Counted from the first letter of the stretch, positions 1 to 14,027 are shown. The stretch is 64,000 bases of DNA from Octopus sinensis (GCF_006345805.1 NC_042997.1:31744001-31808000), one strand, 5' to 3'. Notes: generated from the sequence alone by a model not told the origin. Made by a program: numbers and translations.

Positions 1-370
1 TTGTAAGGGAAATAACTATATAAGCATTTTTAGAGAGTTATAGCCAAAAAATAGCACAAAAATGCATTAAAAATGGGAAAAAAATGAGGGTAAATTTTTT
101 TTTTAATCGTCGACTCATCGTAGACATTTTTAGAGAGTTACTTTCCTTATGTAATTGCGAAAAAATGCATTAAAATGGAAAAAAATCATTGTTAATTTTT
201 TTTCAAAATCGTAGACTCATCGTAGACGCGCGCTACTACCCAGAAGGACTCAATATGAATCACGACTATAAGATACCCGGTTTTGGTTAAACTGCACCGC
301 ACAATGTGGGATTAGTTAGGAATCTAAATCGTAGGAGACAGACACACAACTTGACTTTTATAAATAAAGA
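1..370 (-). mobile_element. 5' end of a probable non-autonomous Helitron-like element with ~102-bp internal tandem repeats
   Basis: The minus strand begins A|TCTTTATTTATAAAAGTCAAGTTGTGTGTCTGTC, a typical metazoan Helitron 5'-TC terminus after a host A. Internal repeats catttttagagagtta (25, 126) and gactcatcgtagac. The 3' end is outside the window. Confidence 0.5.
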
Positions 371-606
371 TACACACACACACACACATATATATGCATT
401 CATATATATACATATATATATGTATATATATGTATGTGTGTGTGCGCGCGCGCACGTATTGGTGTGTGTATACAGATATGTATATATACATGTAAATGTA
501 TGTGTGCGTATGTATATAAAGTATATACGTATGCTACATGTGTCGAAACAATTGTCGCGATTAATAAATTCTCGTATATTGCATCTTCCGCCTTTCATTT
601 GCCATA

Positions 607-642
<36 letters not shown>

Positions 643-674
643 TGTATGTATGTATGTATGCATGTATATACATT

Positions 675-1014
675 CTTTTATTTGTTTCAGTCATTTGACT
701 GCGGACATGCTGGAGCACCGTCTTTAGTCGAACAAATTAACCCCAGTACTTATTGTTTGTAAGCCTGATACTTACACACTAACATCGGTTCTCAAGCGAT
801 TGTGGCGGGACAAACACAAACACACAAACATACACACACATACATATATACGACAGACTTCTTTCAGTTTCTGTCTACCAAATCCACTCAGAAGGCTGTG
901 GTCGGCCGTAGGCTATAATAGGAGACACTTTCCCAAGGTGCCACGCAGTGGGACTGAAACCAAGACCATGTGGTTGGTAAGCAAGTTACTTAGCACACGG
1001 TCACTCCTGCGCCT
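675..1014 (-). mobile_element. SINE family A (tRNA-derived head aggcgcaggagtggctgtgtggtaag, internal microsatellite, tail tgactgaaacaagtaaaaga)
   Basis: Matches the copies at 28173 and 31091; A/B-box-like head. Confidence 0.85.
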
Positions 1015-1269
1015 ATGCACACAACCATTCTTGCGCCTATAGCACACAGCCGCTATATAAAACACAAGCAAGATTCAGTTGAATTAGTTTCTTAAATTGA
1101 GGCGCACCTCGTTAGGTCGGATTAATATGCACACACAAAACACAACGGTTTCTTTACAATGATGTAATATTTTCATTAATCAATTAAAGGAGTTGTTAGA
1201 AACGGCCGTAATGGTTTGACATCTGTACCTCTACTGTTACTCATTTATATATATATATATATATATATC

Positions 1270-1577
1270 ACATCACGTGATCACGTGACCGACCAGACCA
1301 TCAGATGTTGTTACACATCGCTGGTCACAATGCGTTCGCATTGTTTTAGCCTTCGAATGAAGCCACCCCGCTGGCTAAGCGAGCAGGCCAACAGAAGGAA
1401 GAGTGGGAGAAAGAGTGGTGAAAGAGTACAGCAGGGATCATCACCCCCTGCCGGAGCCTCGTGGATCTTTTAGGTGTTTTCGCTCAATAAACACTTACAA
1501 CGCCCGGTCTGGGAATCGAAACCGCGATCCTACGACCGCGAGTCTGCTGCCTTAATCACTGGGCCATTGCGCCTCCA
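1270..1577 (-). mobile_element. SINE family D (head ggaggcgcaatggcccagtg; tail ...ggtcacgtgatcacgtga)
   Basis: A box tggcccagtga, B box gtttcgattccc; tail near identical to 3316-3438. Confidence 0.8.
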
Positions 1578-1635
1578 TATATATATATATATTTCATATA
1601 TATATATATATATTATATATATATATACACACACA

Positions 1636-1682
<47 letters not shown>

Positions 1683-1744
1683 ATATATATATATACATAT
1701 ATATATATACATATATATATATACATATATATATATACATATAT

Positions 1745-1867
<123 letters not shown>

Positions 1868-1882
1868 ATATAATATATATAT

Positions 1883-1937
<55 letters not shown>

Positions 1938-2056
1938 AAATCATCTGCGAATGTTCCATACTTTCATCACGTTTTTGTCTCCCTTTTTCTCTAAGTTATA
2001 TTCTCACCCATCATTTGGCTTCTGTGACTTCTTAGTGGTTGTCTTTTAACTTTTTA

Positions 2057-3097
2057 TATTTTACTTACTTCAGTTATTAGACGGCAGCGATGCTGGGGCA
2101 TCGTCTTAAAGGGATTTTACTCGAGCAAACCTTTTAGGGTGTTCCCTGTTTGGCTGTCACTTTTCAATTTCTTCAATTTTTTTTTCCAATTGATTTCAAA
2201 TTTGGCACTATTTTGTGTACTCATTATTGACATGAAATTTGTTTTTGCCATAAATCAATAAATAAGCAGTTAATAGCTTTTAAAGTACGCAAATTTTGGG
2301 TAATTTTAACCAATCGAAAGTCACATATAGGTGCATATTTCCATAGTAACAAGTCAAGCGTTCAAAAAGCGTTTATGAATAACCACGTGTACAAACCGAT
2401 ATTTTACACTGTGTTCTCCTGCTTGTTGTACCCGTCTTTTTGTGCTCTTAAAAGCACAGAATAAGTCGTTTAGTGTTTTTTTCGCTTTAAATACATATTG
2501 AATGCATAAAACTATAAACTATGTGTTCTTTACTCGTCCTTTGGTAATTTTACGCTTATTAAATGCTTAAAACACGTCGTCTTATGAATACAGTTAAACA
2601 CAAAAGGACACCTTCTGGATCCTGCTTTTTTGACTGGATAAAAATGATCAAACTTTAAAAACCTCTGTAACTTTTTAAATAAATGTTTTCTCCAACAAAT
2701 GAATTAGGCCCTGAGATTCAGAGTAAAAACTTACATCGATACACTAGATTTGAACATTCTCACTTAAGTTCAAGATTTCAAACAGTGCAGCCAAACAAAA
2801 AAGATTCCCCTCATTTTTTAAAGCCTGGTACTTATTCTATCGTTCTCTTTTGCCTAACATCTAAGTTATGGGGACGTAAACACACCAACGCTGGTTGTCA
2901 AACGGTGGTGGGGGACAAACACACACACAAAGACACACATACACACACATATTTTATATATATATATATGATAAATCCACTCACAAGGGTTTGGTCTACT
3001 CGAGGCTATAGTAGAAGACACTTGTCCAAGGCGCCACGCAGTCGAACTGAAACCAGAATCATGTATTTAGGGAGCAAGCCTTTTACCACACACCCTT
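2057..3097 (-). mobile_element. SINE family A, diverged, interrupted by the 2136-2811 insertion
   Basis: 3' part at 2057-2130 and the remainder at 2812-3097 are collinear with family A. Confidence 0.7.
2136..2811. mobile_element. MITE-like DNA element nested inside a family A SINE
   Basis: Imperfect inverted termini: aggg...tgtttggctg at 2136-2156 and cagccaaaca...cccct at 2788-2811. The SINE sequence resumes on either side. Confidence 0.45.
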
Positions 3098-3315
3098 TCA
3101 CGTATTGAGAATTCCTTGTTCGTTGCACAATTTTGAAGTATAAAGATGCATACTTACACACATACATATATGTACATAGATTTACAAACTCGCACGCACG
3201 CGCGTGTATACATATGTATATATATATATATATGTATGTGTATATACATACACATATATATATGTGTAAATATATATGTATATATATATGTGTATATATG
3301 TGTGTATGTATATAC

Positions 3316-3438
3316 ATCACGTCACGTGATCACGTGACCGACCAGACCATCAGATGTTGTTACACATCGCTGGTCACAATGCGTTCGCATTGTTTTAGCC
3401 TTCGAATGACGCCACCCCGCTGGCTAGGCGAGCAGGCC
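3316..3438 (-). mobile_element. SINE family D 3' fragment
   Basis: Near identity to 1270-1390. Confidence 0.85.
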
Positions 3439-3479
3439 AGTATATATATATATATACATACACACACACACACACATAC

Positions 3480-3533
<54 letters not shown>

Positions 3534-3809
3534 CGTCGGCTCCAGCTCGTATCCGAGCATTGGGTTCGTCAGATTTCATCCAGTCCCCTTGGCTGATGTT
3601 TTTGCGGAATGTGACTTTGGAGTACTCGTCGGTGGGTAGAATTCGCACAGGATGGTCTTTGCAGCTCGGTGATGTTGAAGACATATATGTATGTGTGTGT
3701 ATGTGTTTGTGTATTTGTGTGTGTATGTGCGTGCATGTGTGTGTATGTGTGCACATATATATATGTGCACACACACACACACACACACCATATATATATA
3801 TATATATAT

Positions 3810-4221
3810 ATTTCTTTACTCCCCACAAGGGGCTAAACATAGAGGGGACAAACAAGGACAGACAAAGGAATTAAGTTGATTACATCGACTCCAGTGCGAA
3901 ACTGATACTTTATTTATCGACACCGAAAGGATGAAAGGCAAGATCGACCTCGGCGGAATTTGAACTCAGAACGTAACGACAGATAAAATACCTATTTCTT
4001 TACTACCCACAAGGAGCTTAACACTGAGGGGACAAACAAGGACAGACAAACAGATTAAGTCGATTATATTGGCCCCAGTGCGAAACTGGTACTTAATTTA
4101 TCGACGCCGAAAGGATGAAAGGCAAAGTCGACCTCGGCGGAATTTGAACTCAGAACGCAGCGGCGGACGAAATACCCCTAAGCAGTTCGCCCGGCGTACT
4201 AACGTTTCTGCCAGCTCGCCT
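3810..4221 (-). mobile_element. SINE family B dimer (head ggcgagctggcagaa, core gtcgactttgcctttcatcctttcggggtcgat), one headed and one headless unit
   Basis: Two collinear ~180-bp core+tail units joined at the aaagaaatag|gtattt-type junction near 3991. Confidence 0.88.
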
Positions 4222-4829
4222 CACAATACACACAAACACGCGCATATTATAAGTAATATATATACATATACATAGCTATATAAGTGACAGCTATGTGAAA
4301 ATGAGGGAAAAATAAGAGTGATAAATAGAAAAAAAGTTAAGAACAGTGAAATGACGTATAAGTGAATAAATAGCAGCACGTGGCTGTATATTATCGTTTA
4401 TTTCTTGCTCGTAATTTGTCACCCTGTTAAATCATGCTGGATTATGAAGAAAAAACAGTTTCAAGTGTGACAAGTGATGTCTAGCCCCTATCGCCGAGTG
4501 TTCGTCTGGTTATCAGAAGAATCAAAATGGTAACGCATGGCTGACCCGTGAAATTGTCCCTTCAATGGCAACACCAGTTTGTTATTACAGATAACCACTA
4601 CGTAAAGATATTGCTTGACTGGCTGCTGCGGTTTTCAAGGGAGGGAATCCACGGTGCTGAAAAGTGTGGAAGGGGGTATGTGTGTGGGGTATGTGTGTGT
4701 GGGTGTGTGTGGGGGGTATGTGTGTGGAGGAGAGTTGTCGGGGGTGAGGATAAGGAGGGGGAAATGAAGCTGAAGGAAAAAGGGATGGCGGTGCACGAGT
4801 AAAGAGAGTAAGGTGAAGGTGAAGACAAC

Positions 4830-5024
4830 GCTGACGATAATGATGACGATGACAACGACTACGACAACAACGACGGCGGCGTCGGCATCGCTTATGAAGA
4901 AGAAGAAGAAGAAGAAGAAAAAGAAGAAGAAGAAGAAGAAGAAGAATGAAGTCAAGAAGAAATATGAAGACAAAATAATATACAAAAATAAAGACAAACC
5001 ATCATCATCGGTTGTGGCGATGCT

Positions 5025-5098
<74 letters not shown>

Positions 5099-5115
5099 CA
5101 GCAGCAGCAGCAGTA
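4830..5115. repeat. Compound trinucleotide microsatellites (GAC/AAC, AAG, TTA, TAG, GCA)
   Basis: Direct inspection. Confidence 0.9.
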
Positions 5116-5499
5116 GTGATCGCAGCAGAGGCCGCAGTGACGGCGAGAGGGGGGGGGCAGCGTAGACAGCAGTAGTGATGGCGGTCGTAGCAAAAGCGTT
5201 CAATGAAAGCGGAGGAAGAAAATGTATTATTTTGTGACCGTTTCCTTTCGTCGAGGGAATATCTAACTGCTGTTCACTCTTAACATTGTTGTCTTGCAAT
5301 AGTCACGTGGACAACAATTTGCAGTGGGGGGGTTAGTGTGTGGGGGGGGGGGCAGTTGTTAGGTTTCCATCAATCATTATTGTTGTTCGTACTGCTAGTG
5401 TTGTTGTTGATGTTTTTGTTGTTGTTCTTTTCCTTGCTACCCCGACAATGTGACGGCGTGGTTAGCATACTGTCCATGTTTCAACAATACATTCAAGAC

Positions 5500-5950
5500 A
5501 TTTGACATGCTTTACCCATTTGTTACTGAACGTTAAAGAATATTTCTTGCGGGTCAGGATCATCTTGTAATGAATTGTAATGAAGTTGTAAGGATGACCT
5601 GAGAGTTTTCAAGACCAATTGCTCTGAAGGTTCTATTTATTTAAACGTTTTTGAGTAGTTTGACCTTATTTTTATTGCATGCGATCATATTGAATTGATC
5701 TCAAACCCAATATCTCATCCATGTTGATTTCATAAGAAATTTCATATAGATTACATAAGAACATGAAGATTTAATGACAACTTCAATGCAAAGCCCTTCG
5801 AGATCCTTGATATACCGATCCCATAAAACACTATACATATATCTACATGCGCATACCGTACATGCCGCTAAAATTTCTACTATACTCATAACACCAGATA
5901 CTTATATGAGGAAGTGCTGAAGAGGTACTGCCTTTAAGGGTATAGTGAAA
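5500..5950 (-). mobile_element. Possible very decayed CR1/L2-type LINE 3' region
   Basis: The minus strand has a remnant resembling RGHPY...FF..., typical of CR1 C-termini. There are many stops. Confidence 0.25.
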
Positions 5951-6154
5951 GGCCTGAATGGAGGCCCAACCTTCCGAGTTTTTTTTTTTTACAGGGCTTA
6001 GAAAAACTGAAGGACCACTGCGATGTGTGTGAATCTGAGAGAATATGTTGGATAAAAGCATAATTAACTGATCCTCCTGTAGTTTCTTTTGCTCAAAGCC
6101 AGGAACTTTTCAGCATACCCTTATACACATCACTAAACATTCATCTATAAATAT

Positions 6155-6368
6155 GGTTTCGAATTTTGACATAAGGCCAGCAATTTCGGGTGAAGAGATA
6201 AGACAATGACATCGATCTCAGTGATCAACTGCTACTTATTTTATTCACCCCGAAAGGTTGAAAAGCAAAAATCAATCTCGGCGGAGGTTGAACTCAGAAC
6301 GCAAAGACGGACGAAGGCTGCTAAGAAATTTTCTCGGCGTGTTGACGAATCTGCCAGTTCGTCACCTT
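6155..6368 (-). mobile_element. SINE family B with alternative (B2) tail, diverged
   Basis: Head and core as family B; tail ends ggccttatgtcaaaattcgaaacc on the sense strand. Confidence 0.7.
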
Positions 6369-6749
6369 ATTCCTCTATATATTTGACTAATATACACCAA
6401 AATATACATCCATCGCAGATGCACTACTTATTATGGATACAATACAACTATATGCTCTGCACACCTACCAAACAATAAGATCAATTTTACAAGTAACATA
6501 AATGCTTTTAAATTACAGATTTATGGAAGGGAAATTAAGTGTTCGTAAGATGAGATTGGATTCGTCTTGACTGTTAAAATGGCTATTGCGCTGCAGTGGT
6601 TTATATTTGCTGGACTGAATGTGATTCAACACGACTTGTTAGTATTGGTTTAAAAGTTTGGCACAAGGCTTGCAATTTCTGAGTACAGATAATCGATTAT
6701 ATCGGCCCCTAACAATTCGCCGACTTAAGAGTTGTTAATATTAGTGGAG

Positions 6750-7322
6750 TCTTGAGTTCCACCGAGGTCAACTTTGCCTTTCGTCTTTCTGGGGTGGGTA
6801 AATTAAATACCAGTTGCGTACTGGTATCGATCTAATCGACTGCCCCCTTCCCCAAGAATTTCGGGCCTTGTGCCTAGAGTAGAAAAGAGCTTTAGAGCGG
6901 CGAGCTGGCAGAATCGTTAGCACGCTGGGTAAAATGCTTAGCGGCATTTCGTCCGTCTTTACGTTCTGAGTTCAAATTCCGTCAAGGCTGACTTTGCTCT
7001 TATCCTTTCGGGGTCGATAAAATTTGTAACGGTTGAGTGCTTGGATCGATGTAATCGATTTATCCATACCCCGAAATTGGTTTCTTTGTGCCAGAATTTG
7101 AAACCAATATTAATAGAGCTCTTAGGTGATGAGTCGTCACCGCACCGGACGAAATACTTTGCGGCATTTGTTCCGATATTACGTTCTCTGTTCAAATTCT
7201 GCCGAGGTTGATTTTGCCTTTCATCATTTTGGGGTCGATAAAGTAAGTGAGAACTAAGGTCGATGAAATCGACTTACCTCCTCCTCCAAACTTGCTGGCC
7301 TTGTGCCAAATTTTCAAACCAT
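6750..7322 (+). mobile_element. Cluster of three family B (B2-tail) SINE copies
   Basis: Cores near 6760, 6970 and 7190; full head ggcggcgagctggcagaatcgttagcacg at ~6897. Confidence 0.8.
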
Positions 7323-8034
7323 TATTAGTTGAGCTCTATCATGTTTGGTGTAAATATGTACGCAAACCTGCAGGTGATTATATCACGTAATGGATACAGT
7401 CCACCACATACATAGAATGTTCAACAATGCTAACGAAATCATATGAACATTCAGTCTACGTTTTAAAGGAGGAGAGCACACTTTCTATGAAATACGTATA
7501 AAATTGGGATACGCCGAATCTATGAAACTTTGCATTGACAGAAAACAAAATATCGTTCCATGCTAATGTTGAGAATCTAAATCCTTTTTAATGGTGTGTC
7601 CCGTCTGATGATAATTCATACATCTTGCGGCCCATTTCTCGAAAAGAGCGTGACAAGCTTCATCTAAATAAAGGATCGAATTTAATCTTTGGGTTCCGCA
7701 AATACAACGGAAATTATATAAATAAAACTCAGAGAATTTATCAGGAACATACAATATATGCATTTTATATACTCATGTACATAATCAGAGAAACATACAT
7801 ACATGTATACATATTTATGAACAAAGGAAAGAGTCTTTACGCAGCCGCTCGATCAACTTGAAATAGCAGCCAAAAATCTACGTTGAGGGAATTACGCATT
7901 TGGTAATATCCGTTTTGATATACTCTACTCGATCATTTGTGACACGGTGTTAAGACATATGGACAAAGATAGATTCCTCCTGTTGGCTTGGAGTGAGCGC
8001 TTCTTTTAGAATGTGATAACTGCTTTCAGGAATA

Positions 8035-8421
8035 TTGGTTTAAAATTTTGGAACAAGGCCAGCAATTTCGAGGGAGGGGCCAGTAAATTACATCGATCCC
8101 AGTGCTTAACTGGTACTTATTTTAACGAAACCGAAAGGTTATGTCGACCGCGACGGAATTTGAACTCAGAAAGTAAATGCGGAAAAAATACATATTTCTT
8201 TACTACCCACAAGGGGCTAAACACAGAGAGGACAAACAAGGACATACAAACGGATTAAGTTGATTATATCGACCCCAGTGCTTAACTGGTACTTAATTTA
8301 TCGACCCCGAAAGGATGAAAGGCAAAGTCGACCTTGGCAGAATTTGAACTCAGAACGCAACAGCGGACAAAATACCGCCAAGCATTTTTACACGGCATCC
8401 TAACCATTCTGCCAGCTCACC
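8035..8421 (-). mobile_element. Family B heterodimer: head-core-tail B1 followed by core-tail B2
   Basis: Junction near 8192. The two units carry different tails. Confidence 0.8.
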
Positions 8422-9267
8422 ACATTATTATTTAATAATCTTACTCGAACCCGTCATGCTAATCACACCCTATTCTGAGACTACACCATTAAGCCACCGC
8501 CCTGTCTGTTAGACATCATTACTACGGTGATGAAAACGGTAGCAAAATGGACAAGGAGTCTTATTCGATGACAGATGACTACTGAAGCGTAAATGATGGC
8601 ATGCCAGCCGATTCTCGCAAGTTCTACTCTATATTTTCTTTTAATTTTGTGTCTTTTTCTCTGCGTAACTGTCATTATTGACTTCCTTGGCAGCTTACGA
8701 CGGAATTAAAATAAATAAATAAATGTAAAAGGATAAATGCTATAAAATAACCATGAAAATTGTCTGGAAGTAATTCATCCTAACTAAATAAAAATACTAT
8801 GAAAGTGAAAATAAGCAGGCTGTTAAATTCCTCGAATATCAAATAGTTAGAATAAATAAAGGAATATATAATTAAATGAATTAATGAATAAATAAATAAT
8901 TAAATAAATAAGTAATAATAAATAAAATAATAAATAATAAATAATTAATTAAAACGGATAGTGTAAATAAAATGGGAAATTTTAATCCATCAGAAAGAAA
9001 AATAATGTAATTTCGAAACGAATGTATTCTGATGTCATTATTCTTACCAATCGGAGAAAATATCATAAAAAAGAATGTGGTACAAACAAATGTAGGGGGG
9101 GACCATTTTATATGTGTTTAAAGTATTTCAAGATTTGTTATTAGATTTTAAAATGGAAAGTTGTTGAAGTAAAATATACTTCCTGGGTGCATGCATACAC
9201 GTATATAAATACATAAATGTGTGCACAGAGTACTTTTTTTATATGCAAGCATTAATACACACACATA

Positions 9268-9685
9268 CCTATTTCTTAACTACCCACAAGGGGCTAAACA
9301 CAGAGGGGTCAAACAAGGACAAACAAACGGATTAAGTCGATTACATCGACCCCAGTGCGTAACTGGTACTTAATTTATCAAAGCCGAAAGGATGAAAGGC
9401 AAAGTCGAACCCGGCGGCATCTGAACTCAAGACGTAGAGACAGACGAAATACCTATTTCTTTACTACCCACAAGAGGCTAAACACAGAGGGGACAAACAA
9501 GGATAGACAAACGGATTAAGTCGATTGCATCGACCCCAGTGCGTAACTGGTACTTATTTGAACGACCCCGAAAGGATGAAAGGCAAAGTCGACATCGGCG
9601 GAATTTGAACTCAGAACGTAACGGCAGGCGAAATACGGCTACGCATTTCGCCCGGCGTGCTAACGTTTCTGCCAGCTCGCCGCCT
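9268..9685 (-). mobile_element. Family B dimer (B1+B1)
   Basis: Junction gaaatacctatttctttactacc at ~9446-9468. Confidence 0.88.
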
Positions 9686-9724
9686 TTAATACACACACAT
9701 ACATTCACACACATATATATGTAC

Positions 9725-10045
9725 AAACTGGTACTTATTTTATTCACCTGGGTAGTATGAAAGGCAACGTCGACCTTGGTGGGATTTGAGCTCAAAATAT
9801 GAAGCCAGAAGAAATGCCACTTACCTGTTTGTGCAACATGCTAACAATTCTTCCAGCTCACCTCATTTTAATGATATTAATATTTACTGCCGTTACAAGA
9901 CGTTACCATCCTGAGCTAAATACCGAGCGGCATTTCGAGTTCAGATTCCGCCGAAGTGGACTTTGGCTTTTGCCCTTTCGGTGATGTAATTTACTTAAAC
10001 CTTTCTCCGAAACTGGTAGGCAGTACCAAAATTTGAAACCATTGT
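9725..10045. mobile_element. Two diverged family B copies in opposite orientation
   Basis: Minus-strand core at 9725-9865 and plus-strand core at ~9900-10045. Confidence 0.6.
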
Positions 10046-10459
10046 TTACTACCATTATACTAATTTTCACAATTGATATTACCGCTTTTTCTTTGCAACG
10101 TAAAATATACATACGAAGAATTCTTTTTCGTGTTATCTTTTTGAAATAATAGATTCTGGAATAATTTTCTTGCTGTCTACCTTTTCAATAGATCATTTAA
10201 TGATTTGAACTCCTTACTACAAATTTATGAAATTCTGCACAGTCATTTTCATAGTTCAGTTGTATGCCGAGAATAAAAGAGAATTCGAAATTCTATGACT
10301 AAGGAATAATCTATTTAGAATTTGCAAATACTACTTTTAATTACACAGACAATAACTAATTTCTCTAGACATCATATTTTCTGTCTTTAACGTTTATCTG
10401 ATTATGCTAACTATCAAGAAAATTGATTAAGGAATACTTGCATACCCCAATATACAGGT

Positions 10460-11386
10460 CACCATCGTTAGCCGGGCGAAATGATCAGCGATATTTCGTC
10501 TGTCTTTAGGTTCTGAGTTCAAATTCCGCCGAAGCTAACTTTGTCTTTCAGCCTTTCGGGGGTCGATAAATTAAGTACCAGTTGCGCATTGGTGTTGATC
10601 TAATCGACTGGCCCCGTCCCCACAAATTTTAAGGCGGCGAGCTGGCAGAATCGTTAGCACGTCGAGCGAAATGCTTAGCGTTATTTCGGCTGCCATCACG
10701 TTCTGAGTTCAAATTCCGCCGAGGTCGACTTTGCCTTTCATCCTTTCGGGGTCGATTAAATAAGTACCATTTACGCACTGGCTTTGATATAATCGACTTA
10801 ATCCGTGTGTCTGTCCTTGTTTGTCCTCTCTGGTGGTAGTAAAGAAATAGGTATTTCGTCTGCCGTTACATTCTGAGTTCAAATTCCGCCGAGGTCGACT
10901 TTGCCTTTCATCCTTTCGGGATCGATTAAATAAGTACCAGTTACGCACTGGGGTCAATATAATCGACTTAATCCGTGTGTCTGTCCTTGTTTGTCCTCTC
11001 TGGTGGTAGTAAAGAAATAGGTATTTCGTCTGCCGCTACGTTCTCAGTTCAAATTCCGCCGAGGTCGACTTTGCCTTTCATCCTTTCGGGGTCGATTTAA
11101 AAAGTGCCAGTTACGCACTGGGATCGATATAATCGACTTAATCCGATTGTCTGTCCTTGTTTGTCCCCTCTGTGTTTAGCCCCTTGTGGGTAGTAAAGAA
11201 ATAGGTGTTTCGTCTGCCGTTACGTTCTGAGTTCAAATTTCGCCGCGGTCGACTCTGCCTTTCATCCTTTCGGGGTCAATCAAATAAGTACCTGTTACGT
11301 ACTGGGGTCGATGTAATCGATTTAATTCCTTTGCCTGTCCCTGTTCGTCCCCTCTATGTTTAACCCTCTATGGGCAATAAAGAAAG
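10460..11386 (+). mobile_element. Family B2 copy (10460-10630) followed by a family B1 tetramer (10633-11386)
   Basis: Junctions aaagaaatag|gt at 10850, 11020 and 11204. Units 1 and 2 share a 14-bp tail deletion. Confidence 0.9.
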
Positions 11387-11552
11387 CAATATACAGGTCT
11401 CCTAACAATTACTGTAGTTTGTGTTATTTTAATACCATATCCATACATAGGGCGGCGACATGGCAGAACCGTTAGACTTAGCGGCATTTCGTTCGTTTTT
11501 ACATCTTGAGTTCAAATTCTGCCGATGTCGATTTTGACAGATATCGAGGCGG

Positions 11553-11601
<49 letters not shown>

Positions 11602-12539
11602 AAGACACATATGTTGTACTTTGAGTAAAGTATTGGATGATAATTAAACTTAAAATTGTTTAAAAGCCAGTACATTGCAAATTAAAATAAGACGCGAAGC
11701 AGAAGGAAGACAGAACAATCGTTCACACTTTTATCTAATATTTTCATATTTCGTGGTGGATCACTATGTCAGAAGAAAATTGACGATGATGAGGAGCTGA
11801 TATCTTGTACACAGATATCGAGGAGAAGCTTCTGATATGCCTAGAATTTGGTATTTTAAAATTATCAAACGGCCTCGTACAACTCTCTTGCCTACATGTA
11901 ATTGGAAGTTTCTGTTGATACATTAGAATAGTTACCTTGATCCATAAATTAACGACATTACCTTCTGTTTGTTTGAAGATAATCGTAAGGTTTGAATGCG
12001 GTGTTTTGTCAAGGTAATTTTTTTAATGATGCGTTTGTCTACGTGTTTCTTGATGTGGCTACGTAGATCTCGGATAATGTTTTCGAAGCACTCAAGTCAA
12101 TCCTCCCATCGACAATGTAGCAAGGTTCTCAACGCCTACACACATACACGTACACATATGTATGAATGTGTATATATATATATGTGTGTGTGTGTGTTTA
12201 CATATATATATTCATACACACACGTATATGTGAGTGTATGTGTATGTCAATATGTATGGATGTAAATATATATATATATATTTATTGTGGGACAGTTATC
12301 TCCCCTGTCAGTACATTGACATGTGCTTTTTGTGGCTATAAGGCCTTTGACTCTAGTTTCTGGCAATATTGGTACTACTCTGCACCCTCAGTCACTATTA
12401 GCGACGATTGAATTTTTCCTTTCCGGTTTTATATCGCGGGTAGTCCCCTTTATTATTATATGTATATATTAGTATATCTAAGCACTACATATACACACAA
12501 TCATTCATATATGCACACACACACACACACACATACACA

Positions 12540-12575
<36 letters not shown>

Positions 12576-12644
12576 AACACAAGAATATGTATGTAGAAAG
12601 AGATGATAGGGGAACGAGTGATTTATGTTTTTATTAATATTTGT

Positions 12645-12860
12645 AAGGTGGGGAGCTGGTTGAATCGGTAGCACGCCCGACAAAATGCTTAGCGGCGTTA
12701 CTTCCAACTTTATGCTCTGAGTTCAAATTCTGATGAGATTTAGTTTGCCATTCATTTTCTCGGGATCGGTGAAATAAGTAATAGTTGAGCACTGTGGTCG
12801 ACGTAAACCACCAGCTCTCACCCAATAAATTTCAGGCTTTGCATCTATAGTAGAAAGGAT
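12645..12860 (+). mobile_element. Family B2 SINE, diverged
   Basis: gggagctggttgaatcggtagcacgcccg...tgagttcaaattc...atctatagtagaaagga. Confidence 0.7.
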
Positions 12861-12877
12861 AAAAGTTTTACAACTGA

Positions 12878-12995
<118 letters not shown>

Positions 12996-13802
12996 CCCAC
13001 TCTCTCTATCTATCTATTTATCTGTCTGTCTGTCTATCTATCACTTTCCACATCTACAACTACTACTACTAAACACACACACATATATTGAGTGAAGTGA
13101 CATATATAGAGTGATACTTAGGTGCGCATAAGTGTACCATAATATAGGTGTATATATACTCTGGACTAATACTCTCTCGTCGTGTATTTATATCTTCCTC
13201 TATCTTTCATTATAAAATGATTTTATCTCTCTCTGATATTCAAACACACACGTACTTCGAATTTCAGTCACGCACACATACACATACACTCACAAACACA
13301 CAGCCAAAGAAGCAAACTCATGCAATCGGTTGTCTGAAGGGCAATAAGTCTTTTGTTGCCGACTTTAACAATGGGAACTCTGTCGATAGCTGGAACATAG
13401 TTTATAGTCCATGCAGTACTCAAACAGATATGCCACCGTCACTCTTTGTCAGTGCTCGGAATAAAAAGTTCCTGTCGGAATTTCATTCGTCTTGAAGTGG
13501 CAGCAAATTTGATCAGAAGCCAAACACCTACTGACGAACGAATGTCTTCATACTGAAAGGTTTACGCATCTCTCACAACAACAGTTCACAAAAAGGCATG
13601 TACATATAGGACCGAACAAAATAACAGTTGTTGTTGTTGGTATCAATATTAGTAGTGTTGTTGTTGTTGTTGCTGCTACTGCTGTTGTTGAGATTATTAT
13701 TGCTGTTCTTGTTTTTACCTTTTTTTTTGTGAGCATTTTCCTTATAGTTCCTGTTTGCTTTTCATTTTGTATAAGATCTGGTAGTAATGATGGTAATGAG
13801 AA

Positions 13803-14027
13803 TGGCAGAAACGTTAGCACGCCGGGCGAAATGCGTAGCCGTATTTCGTCTGTCGTTACGCTCTGAGTTCAAATTCCGCCGAGGTCGACTTTGCCTTTCA
13901 TCCTTTCGGGGTCGATAAATTAAGTACCAGTTACGCACTGGGGTTGATATAATCGACTTAATCCGTTTGTCTGTCCTTGTTTGTTCTCTCTGTGTTTAGC
14001 CCCTTGTGGGTAGTAAAGAAATAGGTA
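13803..14027 (+). mobile_element. Family B1 SINE with a 14-bp target-site duplication
   Basis: ggtaatgagaatgg at 13792-13805 and 14024-14037 flanks a near-consensus copy. Confidence 0.92.

Noticed and set aside
11537-11823. 13-bp direct repeat acagatatcgagg flanking ~260 bp
   Set aside because: It could be a TSD, but the enclosed sequence has no recognisable element features.
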